Shown here: positions 37,232 to 50,134 of the stretch, in pieces
Layout of the letters: each line of letters starts with the position of its first letter
How positions within the stretch are numbered: the first letter of the stretch is position 1
DNA from: Amphiscolops sp. MND2022
Taxonomy: Eukaryota
DNA length: 64,000 bases
Assembly: GCA_964187785.1 (NCBI GenBank)
Contig: OZ076411.1
Coordinates: forward strand, 4,898,001-4,962,000
Reading direction: 5' to 3'
Position numbers and translations under genes: made by a program
Notes under the pieces: generated by a model
The model's database searches: none
What the model saw: the letters and a program-made list of their open reading frames with translations, nothing else
Told to the model about the DNA's origin: nothing

Positions 37232-39359
37232 TGTCACGACCCGCTCCCGGTCGGGACTTCACTTGCTGTGGAGGAATACCGCAATTCACGCGAGGAAAAG
37301 GACACGGCAGAGCTACACAACATTAAGTAAACTCTATTTAATGCCTTACCTTTTATCCAAACAGCAGCACGAATTAAGTTTAACGGAAGCGCAACGTAAA
37401 TTATTCAAAAATGATTTAGACAAAAAGAAAATTTCCGGTTTAATGATTTCACATGCAATCGTTTCATCACTTCCGGTTTCGACTGATGAAAATTCCATGC
37501 CAATCTAAATATTAAAAAAGAAACATCCTTAACACTGGGATCAATTTTTCTTTTCTCCACACTAAAATGAAAACGCTAAAACAATATTTAATTCCGTGAT
37601 CCCAACGGAACGCAGACGATCTAAAATGAAAGAACATACAAAGAGAATGGTGGAATTGTTTTCCAATGATTGATCAGTTGTGAATATCCACTTAAGAATG
37701 CAGTTAAGCAACTTAAGACAAAATTTACAATGCAATGACAACGTCACTAAGCTTGATTGAAAAGTAAATGTTTCTATTTTTACGGACCAATAGCGTCGCC
37801 TTTCACCATCCCTAGTTACCATAGCAACGCCAATTGAGAGAGAGAATAAGAATGAATTTGTTAACGCTGTCCGCTCCGTCTCCGCAAGCAAGCACTGCTC
37901 AACTATACCTAATCTTAATACGTACGGAGCGATTACGGAGCAAATTGTAATGCGAAGAAGCTATACCCAATCTTAATACGTAGGGAGCATTTACGGAGCG
38001 TTTACGGAGTGAATTGTAATAGGTGAAGTTATACCTAATGTTAATACATGTAAGACAAGCGTGGAAAATTCTAAAACACAGAAGCTATCCTAATACATTA
38101 GGATGTTCCTGAGGTTATGTAGAATTATTCCGAGATATTTAAATTATCATAAGGTTTTACTTTTTCCACCCGGATTTTCTCCGTTTTAGTGATCGATTAA
38201 AAGGTTCGTGTTGTTAATTAGGATAAAAGCGAATCCTTACAAAAGGGTGCTTCTTCCTATTCTGTAGAAGAATATTTTGTGTATTAATCACGTTGTAGAA
38301 ACGTTGCTTTCGTGCATATGCTATTTAATTGTTGCATTTGTCAGTGTTAACTAACTCAATTCATGTAAAGTTAGATAGATTATTGTTGGTTGTTTTCTGA
38401 TTTACAATAATCAGGTTTTTTAGTTCGTATTCATCACCTTTCCAGCATCATTTGTTCCTTCTCAAATATCTCAGTTTATCAATCCAAAATTCTCCCGAGA
38501 TATCTCTGTAACAAATTTTGCTTGTCATTTCTTTTATCGCAAGCTGAAAGTTTACCGCTCGTAAAGTGAATCATCGTTCATGCCCGCGTGCTTTCCGCGA
38601 TAAAGTTTCAACTAGACATTTGTTTTGCCGCCTTTTTCCGCAATCAAACCGGAAATGATGTTAATGAACAAAAATGATTTCAACAAGTACTCCGTAAGGG
38701 ATCCGTGACTAGGAATTTTAAATCATGAACAATTAATAAAAGGGTTGAAATAATAAGGATGATTAAGCATTTTTGTTGAACAAAACCGATTTTAAGGATT
38801 CCTAGGAATTTTTAGGTGAGGAACAAATGATGCTGTGAAAGTATATATACCTAAGGATTTGTAAATCTGTTTAATCTGTTTCCTAATCTACTCCGTTAAT
38901 ACTTCGTTTTGAAAACCATATTTCTTTGAAGAATTCAAATTTTCCAAAGAACAATCACTCTCTCGCTCTGTCTAAAAATGACTACTAGAAGCCAGAAGAG
39001 AAAAGCTATTGAAGAACTAGTTTCTACTGAAATGGAGACCCCAATACCTGAGACTAACCAAAACTTAAAGCCCGTAGTGGGGACGAGTAAATCTCCTAGA
39101 GTAATCACTGAAAATCTAGAGGAAATCAAGTCTTCACTGAGAAAAGAGATCATGTCTGATCTTACCAAAATCTTAGCTGAAAATCAAAAGGAGATGCTAA
39201 AACTAATAGCTGCTCCTGTTAAAAAACAGACCGTCGTAGCAACTACTGAAGAAACAGATTCTGAATCCGAAAATATCCCGGAAAATGCAACTTCGACACC
39301 AATCAAAAATAAAACCGCTGCGACTAATCGAAAAATCACCCCGATAAATAGTCGTAACA
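37232..39359 (+). repeat. 5' LTR of element 2 (2128 bp)
   Basis: Matches 50775-52902 with about 17 substitutions counted by eye. Confidence 0.97.
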
Positions 39360-40390
39360 TGGTGACAGGAGTCCTCAATGACTCAACGAACCTCGGAAAG
39401 AAGAAAACACGACCGCACCGCCCACAAAGTTTGCCACCCAACGAACGGCCTTCGACATCACGACTACTCTTCGCTCCCCAACCGGAAATACACCAGCCGC
39501 CCCACCTACCCTCAATGCCCAAAGCACTCACTGCATCATTGCCTGTATTCGATGGTAAGTCAGAAAAATTCGAACTTTTCGAGGACTTATTCCGGAACAA
39601 CATAAAAATGTACCCACATCTAACAGAAATCCAAAAAATCAACTACTTCCACTCGCTACTACGAGGCAATGCACTACAAGCATATTGCAACTTAGACGAT
39701 GCCAAAAAAGATAACTTAGAGGAGGTAATTACGGCGTTTAAACGGCGCTTCGGAGATTTTCAATCTTCTGCCAAAGCGAGATGCGAATGGGACTCGCTAC
39801 ATTTTGACCCAACCAAACAAAAACTACATGAATTTTTGGATACACTGCAAAAAACGGCTAAAGAAGCGTTCGGCTCTGAAGCACAAAAATTTATAGACAA
39901 GGCCATATACGCCAAATTGCCGGACCATGTCAAAAAGATTCTCAACCGTGCCTACCTCGAAGACAAGCCGTACAACGACATTGTCCTCCATCTCGAAAGA
40001 GAGATGCGCCTCAATGGCCTGGGCGCCCCAGACGAAACAATACTAGTTCCACTAAATACGGTCGACGTTGCTCCCCCGGAACCGAAAAAAGAGCCCACCC
40101 AACGAGGAAACTGCTTCCACTGTGGCAAATACGGCCACTACAAAGCCCAATGTAGAAAACTCCGCAAAGAACGCTACTACGAAACTAAAGCGCAAAACGG
40201 TGCTACCAATACAAATGACCCGCCCAAACCTAAATGTGACACATGTGGAAAACTTCACAAAACTGAAAACTGTTGGTACGGAGCTAATGCGGCAAATGAC
40301 CCCAGAAAGAAACGCCATGAATTTGCCATACCTACCAGCCAAATCAGTGAACAACCGATCCCCACTGTCGAAATTCAGCCAAAAAACTAA
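38978..40390 (+). CDS. gag: Gag of element 2 (470 aa); ATG lies inside the LTR
   Basis: Intact ORF; PVFDGKSEKFELFEDLF; knuckles CFHCGKYGHYKAQC and CDTCGKLHKTENC. Confidence 0.93.
   Translation: MTTRSQKRKAIEELVSTEMETPIPETNQNLKPVVGTSKSPRVITENLEEIKSSLRKEIMSDLTKILAENQKEMLKLIAAPVKKQTVVATTEETDSESENIPENATSTPIKNKTAATNRKITPINSRNMVTGVLNDSTNLGKKKTRPHRPQSLPPNERPSTSRLLFAPQPEIHQPPHLPSMPKALTASLPVFDGKSEKFELFEDLFRNNIKMYPHLTEIQKINYFHSLLRGNALQAYCNLDDAKKDNLEEVITAFKRRFGDFQSSAKARCEWDSLHFDPTKQKLHEFLDTLQKTAKEAFGSEAQKFIDKAIYAKLPDHVKKILNRAYLEDKPYNDIVLHLEREMRLNGLGAPDETILVPLNTVDVAPPEPKKEPTQRGNCFHCGKYGHYKAQCRKLRKERYYETKAQNGATNTNDPPKPKCDTCGKLHKTENCWYGANAANDPRKKRHEFAIPTSQISEQPIPTVEIQPKN
39360..39372 (+). promoter_or_regulatory. 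Primer-binding site TGGTGACAGGAGT
   Basis: Directly after the LTR; identical to element 1. Confidence 0.8.
40381..40387 (+). promoter_or_regulatory. -1 frameshift slippery heptamer A AAA AAC
   Basis: Directly before the gag TAA; the -1 frame is open into the pol ORF. Confidence 0.8.
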
Positions 40391-43300
40391 AAACGCCGCG
40401 CCTCCGCTTCGGGGAAACGGTAGACGCAAGGGCGTACACAATAGAAGACCCCCCAAATCGCTACGAAGAAGACTTCATGACCGAATGCAACGAAGAACCG
40501 ATACAGGATTGGCAACGTCGTTGGAACGTAGGCATGATACTTAGACACAATGCACGACACCCAGAAGACCCAACACCACTACCCCAATGGATAACAGAAT
40601 CACCCGATAACTACGCGACACTAAAAAGACCCTTACCAGAATCAAAGACCGAACGCATTTACATATATGATAGAGACTATAGATGTGATCCCTGGGATGA
40701 ACCAACCATCTATGACACAAACAAGCTCTCTTTTAAGATCCAAGTTTCAAATCCTCAAGCTCAAGTCACCGAGAGTACAACCCTACCAACACCTTTGTCA
40801 CCAATCCTAAAAAAGACAACACAGTCCTCGCCAACACCCGTCACCACCACGTCCACACCAATAGATGCAGAGAATATTATCTGCATTGAGGATAAAACAA
40901 TATGGTCACAACAAGCAAAAGAACAACGCGGAGTAGCCGATCAAACAGTACCACCCCCCACAACAGCATCCGAATTGCCAAATCAGAACAACAATCATGA
41001 AGACGACGAAGTAACGGAATGCCCACAACAACTGCCATACGATCTCAACATCATAAAAGAATTCATACAACATGATAAAGATGACGACTACATTCCGTTA
41101 ATGTCGGCAATTACCCTCAAAAAGAAGAAAAGAATGCTCTTTATTCCTCTCGACTTTGAAAACACTAGAATTGATGCATTAGTCGACTCGGGAGCCTACA
41201 TCAACGTCATCAGTGAAAGAGACGCATACAAGATACAAACTGATGCCAACGCAACCATAATCGCGAAGGCACCTCCACCCCCTTTCAAGATACAATATGC
41301 CAACACAGAACTCGAAAAAGCCCGTACAACATACACAATGCAGTTCAAAATCGGGGACTACGCGTTCGAAGAAACTTTCATCATCATGACCAAAACATCT
41401 TACACAATCATTGGCCTGGCATTCCTCCGGAAGCATTCCGCAATCCTAGACACTGCACAAGGAACAATAGACTTTCCTAAAATACAAATCACTCTAGCCC
41501 TAAAAGATGAAAGACAAAAGTGCAACCCCAAACCCATCACTATCAAGACGGAAGAAAAACACACCATACCAGCCCAAGCCACGCGGATCATCCACGCTTC
41601 CATCACCACAAACAATGACCACGCAATAACTGGGACAGTCCAACCTTTACCACAATTCGACGAAAATGCAAAACTCATAGTAGCCCCAGCAATAACAACA
41701 GCCCGAGACAAACGAGTTGCGATAAAAATAGCGAACACCACAGACTTCCCCTATACAGTAACGCCACATACGAAACTAGCAGAATTACAAATACTGAAAC
41801 CTGAAGAAACGAAATTGATACGAGCAGTAGATATAGCAGCCCTCAATCTACTCACCGAACACGACGATGTTGTTGCGTACGTTAACGCACTGATGCAAGT
41901 TGATTCGTCAGAACAAACAGAAGAGAAATTCTGGTTCCCAACTCCCGAAAATCCCGGAGATGAATCGGAACACACACCCATCCAACAACGCATTCTACGA
42001 GAACTACGCGAACTACAAAAATTAGAAGAACTGGACCCCAAACAAGACGAAAAATCCAGAACACAATTCCTCTCGCTATTCAAATGGAATGATTCACTAA
42101 CAACGGGAGAAGATCGTGAAAACCTAGAGTCCACCCTACTCGAATTCAATGACATTTTTGCACGTCACCGACTGGACATCGGAATGAACAACCAGTTCAA
42201 GGTATGCCTAACTCCCAAAAACGACAAACCGGTATATACACAGAGTCTCCCTGTACCCATCAACCTCAAGGACGACCTCACAGTAGAATTGGCACTGATG
42301 CACAAATACGGGATCATCACAACCCTCCCATTCTCGAAATATGCCAGCCCCATCTTCGCGCAACGCAAACCCAACGGCAAACTACGGCTCCTAGTAGACT
42401 TACGGAAGATCAACGCCCTCATCTCAGATGACTACATAAACAACAACCACCCCATCAGCACCCTCTCAGATGCCGCACAACACCTAGCGGGGAAGCAGCT
42501 GTTCTGCAAACTAGATTGCTCACAAGCCTATCACTGCCTCCAAATGGCAGATCAAAGGTCAGTAGAACTCCTTGCATTTAATTTTGCCAGTAGAACGTTT
42601 GCCTATCGTAGGCTAGCCCAAGGCCTTAGTAGAGCCTTGTCAGCCTTTTCGAGCTTCATGCGGGAATACCTCGACACCGTCATCAAAGCAGACCAGTGTG
42701 CCCAATATGTAGACGACATTGGAATCGCTGCCAACACAACGGAACAACTCATTAAGAACATCAGAGCAGTCTTCAAATGCATCCGCAAGGCAGGACTAAA
42801 ACTCACAATTGAAAAATGCCACTTTGGTGTCACCCAAATCGAATTCCTGGGAAGAACCATCACACCCCACGGAGTAGCACCGCAAGACCACAAAATCACC
42901 AGTTTCTTGTCAAAAATCAGATTTCCCCGGTCAAAGAAACAAGTCCAGAAATACATTGGATTCATCAACTACTACAGAAACTACATACCAAGATTGTCCG
43001 AAAAAATGATTGGAATGTACGAACTCCTAAAAGCAGATGCCAAAATCACCATATCTGAAGAACTAGTCGACAACTTCAAAGCGATTAACGCGAGCCTAGC
43101 GGAGGCCTGTGGACTTGCACTCAGACAGCCAATTGCAGGAAAACAATATGTACTGATGACGGATGCTAGCTTCCGAGCATCCGGATATGCGCTCATGATC
43201 GAAGAAAACGACGACAAAAAACTACTCTCCAAAAGAAAAACCTTCGCCCCTGTAGCTTTCGGATCACGCGTGTTCTCGCCGTCACAACTGAAGATGTCGA

Positions 43301-45596
43301 TATACTGTAAAGAATTCCTCGCAATATATCATGCATTCCTTGAATATAATCACATTCTCTGGGAAACAACACGACCTACACTAGTACTGACAGACAACAG
43401 ATCAGTAACGAGATTTTTCCAGACGAAAACAACGCCACCCGCTCTCTGGAATGCCTGCGACTACGTACTCCAGTTCAAATTCCGCATCATGCACGTAGCT
43501 GGCGCGCAAAATACAGCAGCCGACTTCCTGTCTCGCCTCGAATTAACTCCAAAAGAGAGAATCCAACTCAAATTGCGAGACGACATCATAACTGCACCTA
43601 TCGAGGTTAACCTACAGTCTACAGATGTTGCGGACGAAGAACAACTCTTTTTCCTGCCAGACGAAGAAGAGGAATCAGAACAAGAAATTTTCGCCAGGAA
43701 AGCCCTTAGCAAACAACGAGCAATAGACGAAAAGGAACAACAAAACTTGACAACCGAAGTCACAGAAACAGTGCACATACCTCTCAACTCAGCAGTATAC
43801 GCCTTTGGAGCCATCAAGGAAAACGCCCGCATCCGCAACGAACAGGACGCGGACCCGATATTGAAAGCATTGAAACTACGGCTGCTTCACGAAGAATACG
43901 ACAAACACCTTCTCAAGACCGAACCCAGAGGACGAAACCTACTACGTCACGAAGAAAGAATAATAGTCAAAGACGGAGTACTCATGCGTAAATACTACGG
44001 AGAAGATGGCACAGTAACACATCACCAAATCCTCATACCGAAACATATAGTACCAGAACTCCTATCGACGCTACATGGAAAAATGAACAAACACCAAGGA
44101 ATAACCAAAATGATTCAGGAAAGCCGAGCAAAGTACTACTATCCGGGACTAGCGCGGAAAATTAGAGCCTGGGTATTCAACTGTCCAGATTGCATAGCCA
44201 ACAAACGAATCGACACGCGCCAAATACGTCCTAAAATGCTGAGTAATACAGAATTCACATTCGGACCAGAAGATTGTCTAGAAGTCGATATTCTACCCAA
44301 TCTACCCTCATCAAACGGCTACAAACACATCATAACCATGATGGACGTTTTCTCCCGTTATTTGTTCGCATACCCCACTCAAGACATGACTGCCAGAACA
44401 GTCGGACGATGCATAATTGACGTTATGACACGTCACTGTTATCTGCCTACAGTGATTCTGACTGATAAAGGATCACAATTCCGATCAGATGTCGTGAACC
44501 AAATAGCACAAACACTGGACATACGGATTAGCCACGCATCGACGAAACATGCACAAACGATTGGAATACTAGAGAGAACGCACGCATCTCTAAAGACGTC
44601 CCTTAAAATATCAACGGGAGAACGCCGTTCGATGTGGCACAAATACGTACAAATTGCAGTAATGAACTACAACACTAGTTACCACGAAAGCCTAGGGTGC
44701 GAACCAACAACCGTATTTCACGGACGCATTCCGTACAACATTCTGGATATCAACCTGGGACTCAAACCAGAATGGAAAAAGACGCTAACGAAGACCTTGC
44801 GGACGAATTACAAAAGCAAATCGCTGAAATCCACCAGTCAGCCAAGGACAACCTCATGCAATCATATTTGAAGTATAAGCGATATTATGATAAGAAAGCG
44901 ACAGCAACGCCATTGAAAATCAATGACTATTGCTACGTCCTGAACCCGAAGGCTGATAACCAGTTAATGAAATTCGCTTTCAAAGATTGCATTTGGACAG
45001 GACCATATATAGTGATCAAAGTCCTTTCCAATAACAATTACGTCGTAAGACGGACAGGAACAAGATATACGCAAACCCTCCATAGAATTCGCCTAAGGCT
45101 ATATGCGCCCAATCAGAGAGTACCTGACGTAACAGTCAAAGTGGAAGATCAGCTTCCAGATCCCGAGGTTAAAACAACCCATGATGATTGGTACGCGCAA
45201 GCTTGGGAAACCGAATTCGGAGAAGTTCTGTTCGGCAACTCATCGGAAAGAGAAAATGAAGAAGCTAACATCACAGAGCTGCCAGCGGAAGACGCAAATA
45301 CAACGGAGCAAGAAACAGCTATAACAACTGCAGACGAAACTTCAACAGCAGAACAAATTCCCTCCGGAAATGAAACGTCGCCCAACCTAGATGTCAGCGA
45401 TAACCCTTTCATAATGACCCCACCGCCTATGGAAAGCCCTCCCATACCGCCTACACTTCCGCCTATAGTTGTCGGATACAACCCGAGGAAAGCAGGAAGA
45501 TATAACTTACGTCCTAATCCTAAACCTAATGCGCACCCCGACTTTAGGATGCTGGACGCAATCACTGCGGAAGAGAATTCTCAACCTCAAAACTGA
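40381..45596 (+). CDS. pol: Pol of element 2 (PR-RT-RH-IN), with one frameshift in an A5 run at 44776-44780
   Basis: DSGA, YVDD, TDAS, HHCC, integrase core and WTGPY; ORFs 40477-44871 and 44697-45596 join if one A is added. Confidence 0.93.
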
Positions 45597-45755
45597 ATAA
45601 AAACGATCAGAGAACCAAACCGAACCGGAATGGCAACGTCAATTTTTCTTTTCATTAGAATAATCAACTAACTAAAGCAACATAAAATAAAGGATCTTGG
45701 CCAAGAAAAGAAGAAAAACAAGACTAAGTTCACCAGTTCACATCAATAACAAAGT

Positions 45756-48700
45756 TCACAACTTCTTTATCCTATGCCGAACATCAGGATCATCATCTTT
45801 TGACGATTTTTTCTTGGTTTTTGACACCACAAAACCACTTGCAGCCTCTTTATTGCTGCTCGTTGTTGACCCTGACGTAGACCGCTGACCTCCCACCTTG
45901 TTCTTCACAGAACCCGAAGCATCAGTGCCGACAGCAATAGCACTTGTTGACATCTGTTGAGCACGAGCAAGCCGGTTCGCTTTATTCTTCTCCACATACT
46001 GAATCTCATATGATTTCCGCTGTGCCAACAAAAAGGCATCATACAAACGACTATATTGGGAGATGAAATCTGACACACTCCCCCCACAAAAATCGGCCCA
46101 CAAATCAAAATTAGGAGCAACATAGAATACGCCAGCATTACTGATAGCATCCTGCACAGCTTCCATAGTAGGCTCAGTGAAGAAAGACTGGTGCTCATAC
46201 CCCGGACTCAACACGTAGCTCTGAACTAAATGTAGACATTCTTGGAACTTGGCTATACTCAACTTGCTACCGCTAAGGTCAAAATTCACAGCCGGATAAA
46301 CTGCGCGAGGTCTTCGAGTCACCAATACACATAGCTTCAAAACGCGGCAGACGCGATGTCGAGCTAAGAAACTAAAATCTCGTAGCAGCCAATCGACCAT
46401 GTTGGGAATTTCACTGGCCACTCCCATGGATCGTTCGTGCTGATTTCGCTTCTCCACCACATAACTGCTAAATTCTTCAACTGCAGCCTTGGAATCATCT
46501 GAAGACAGACAACCACATGACTCTAGAACACGGCATAGGTCCGGAAACAACTGGAAAACAAGCTGACCATCACCCTCCAGCAATAGCTCAGGACAAAAGC
46601 TATAAATACCCCGTGACACACGCGATGAGGCACTTGGACCTTTCAAGATAATACTGACTAGCTGATCCATAAACTCTTGGCATCGAATACGGAAAGTCGG
46701 AAACTCACTAGTTTTGCCCGCGAGCAACTCCCGGCCAAAATCGCAGTTTGCCAAAAACACATCGTCAGCAATGGAAGGAAAAGCAGCGACCTTCTCTTCG
46801 TCCATGAACCCGTCCCAATCGTTCAGACTAGGCAGACTCTCTGTAGCCCGGGTTTTCAGCAAAAGGCAGTAGATAAAATCACACAGCTCACCATAGCCGT
46901 GAAAGGCGTAGTCTTCACGCCCCTGATGAAGCTTCGTGAAATTGATGTGAACTGAAACAACAGGAAACGATCAACAATGAAATTAAGCTCAATTCGCGAC
47001 ATCAATCCGGCAACAGAAAGAACCAGTCAAACAAGCATCCACAAACTACAAAACCGATCAACCAGGCCATACTCACATGTATCTAACACAAATCGTAACA
47101 GCCCGAAACGATAAGGTGTCATATTGTCAGCGATTATGTGCCAGTCTGTCCCCTTCATCTACAACCAACCATCATCTACACGTTACAAATTTACTGAAGA
47201 GAAAAAAAAGAGGGGGGAAAAAGCACACAAATCGAGACCACATAAAAACAATAAATTTGACTAACACTGTCAGCTTTTCCTTTCGCCCCCGGGTGCCCAG
47301 TGCAACGAATGAAAGGACGTATGCAAGACCACAGCTCAATAAATTCGGTCAACAGCTGACGATAATCCATAAAATCAACGGACCCTTGCCGGATACATTT
47401 GCGTAGTACCACCTTGCCCTCTGTCCAGGCCTCATACAAAGCACCTTTCAGACGCTGCAACAGATAGTCCACTAACGTTATCACGTTCACCATCCCGAAA
47501 ATGTCCTGATCTGCCTGCTGCACACATCGCAGAAACACCTCCTCATCAAACTTCTCATATATGACGAAACGGCGAGCATCAGAACGGTCATTCTCTAACA
47601 CACGAAGCAATGACGGACTCCCCCCGAGAATCGCAATGGGCAACAAAGTTGAACCCAAACTGCACACAATACGGGACAAGGGCACTAACTCTGGAAGTGG
47701 CATGGCCTGATCCAACGATTCACATCCGATACAAATCTTCATCAAATGCTTGTCATTCCAGTATAACACGTAGCATCGCTCCACATTGTTCTCTTTCTCG
47801 TACTGCAATCCATACGCACGAAAGCCAGAAACACTACTCAGCATAAGGCGCAACACCCGCGGAGCCAAGCCTTGGCACAGAAACGCCTAAAACGGATAAC
47901 ACTCAAAACGTCCCATACCTTTACCTACTTAATACAAAAAAGAGGAAGCAATAAAAACGGCCACATACGAGTATTATACAGAGTGCCAAAAACTACAAAA
48001 CAAACAAACACATACTCACCACAGTCTCGGAACGACTCCAGTTGAGATTAAACTGTGGTCCCCTCTCCTTCGGTAGTGTCAACAAGAAGTGGCTCCAAAG
48101 ACGGCGCAAAAGCACAAAATCGCCACCACTACGCAAAAGCTCACAGACACAACCCACCAGTGTCATGAAAGGGACTTTCGACTCCACGCGGGAGTGCTTC
48201 GGCAGCAAATCCTCAGGAAAAGGATAGCCTTCACTCAAATCCTCAAATGCTTTCGAACGGTATTCGGCCAGCTGACTGTCAGACAACTCCATAGGCTCCA
48301 TGAGCCTATTGAGAACAGGCAGGCCCAAGTGCACGCGATACGTTACGTCTTTAAACCAGTGGCCATCAGATTGAAAATGTCGCGCAAACTCTCCAGAGCC
48401 TTGTGCTCTCATGCCCACGTCCCGTTTACACACACGACAGTGAAAATGTGTGCCTTTGCCATTCTTCGCGCCACTAACGAAATGAGGAAAAGCAGGATGG
48501 AGGCTCAACATTCGTCGATGCAACACATTCCGACTGCTGTATTTCTTTCCTTTGCCACGTGCACTCAGACGACTGCCCACCCTATCAGCAAACTCGTCAA
48601 GACCTATGAAAACACACAAACCAAAGTTTACTATGATTACAACGAACACGGACCACTACCGATACGAAATACAACACAAACACCTAGCTACAGACAAAAC

Positions 48701-49548
48701 ACCAAATAACCCACCAGTCTGTAAATGACTCTCCACATGATCGGCGACCTGACGACCAACTTCACGAACAACGTCCGGACTCAAACCAGTGCCAAGGATA
48801 TGTGCCACCTCCGGATCGTCTAGACCTACACAATCAAGAAATACAGTACAACTGAACAGTACTATACGTCAACAAAAAAAAACACAGGAGAAACAAAGAA
48901 ACAAGCACAACCAACAAGAACTTACTAGTCCAACCTCCAGGAGCGGGTGTCAGTGGAGGAGGAGGCAACGGCTTCTTAGCACGCTTGGGCAAAGTCCCAA
49001 AACCCACCTTCTTGCGAGAACCACTCGTTTTGGGAGCTAACAAAATACGCATATCACACTCCGAAAACTCGACGAAAACAAAATCCAACACGCTACTAAT
49101 ACAATAAATTCAAATCTACTAACTCGTTTCTTCCCCGGGCGGCGGATCGGTCTCACCTCCTTGAGACTCACTGTCACTGTCTTCGGCCTGCACAGCGCGA
49201 AAACGCACAGGTAACGCCTGAACTCCCGAAGCCTCCCCGACAGCAGAAGGAACCACAGGAGAATTAGGAGGAGCAGCAGCTGAAGACACATTGGGCGGAA
49301 CAGTACTCGAGAGACCAACAAGAGCCTCATGCACGGAAAAGATTGGCGCAGTAGAAAGTATGGTTGAAACCGAGGGCAAAAGGCTTGATGCAGACGGAAC
49401 AACCTCGGAAACTGCACCAGAAGAAATAACAGCCACTGATGAACTGACAGGTTGAGTTACTGAAAAATCAAGATCTGGTTCGACGCGTCAGAGTTGCGGG
49501 TAGGACTCCAAAGGCTGATCACCAAAAACAAATAGTCCAATTACCCAT
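45756..49548 (-). CDS. Antisense 8-exon cargo gene of element 2 (1014 aa; zinc finger plus inactive hAT-transposase-like protein)
   Basis: Exons 49548-49545, 49459-49124, 49036-48926, 48825-48715, 48603-48020, 47886-47266, 47158-47077, 46951-45756; seven GT-AG introns of 85-133 bp; phases match; 3045 nt with no internal stop; core junctions restore alignment to the element 1 protein. Confidence 0.85.
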
Positions 49549-49870
49549 GGAAGTCAGAAAAGATTTTTTACCAACCTGAAACAGAATGAACAAATGCCGG
49601 TTCAGGATGGACGTCATCATCAGTGTAATTAAACACTGTCTCGTTTCCACTAAGGAAGCCGCCGGCAGGTACAGTAGGAGGCACACTTTCTCCATCCATT
49701 TAAGAAATTACCACGTAAAGAATCTTCAGAACAGTCTGAAACAAAGAAAATACATTACCCAAAATTAATCCAAATACACCATCGTTGGAAGCTCATAGTT
49801 TCCAAAAGGACGAAAAATGGTTCAAATTAGTTTGAGATCATAAAGAGGAAGAAAGAGTCAGTTCAAGTCT

Positions 49871-49963
49871 GTGACGTCACACGGAACATCACCGGGAAGA
49901 AATTAGTGACGTCACGACGAAGTTCAAACCTTAACATTTTTATTCCTATGGTTCAGCCAATCA
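49871..49963. promoter_or_regulatory. Candidate internal bidirectional promoter (two GTGACGTCAC CRE palindromes and a CCAAT box)
   Basis: GTGACGTCAC at 49871-49880 and 49906-49915, AGCCAATCA at 49955-49963, between the divergent ATGs at 49548 and 50135. Confidence 0.5.
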
Positions 49964-50134
49964 CAGCGCAGATGGAAGCAAAACGCTTTCCGAGGATAAA
50001 ACGAACCGAAATGAGAAGAAAATTAACAGCCAATGAGAACGCAGGAAAGTCACGAACGGAAGAAAGTTAACCTCTCCACTTGCCGCATTCTAAACGTAAA
50101 GATAAGACAGCTTGTAAAAATCAGAAAACTTAAA

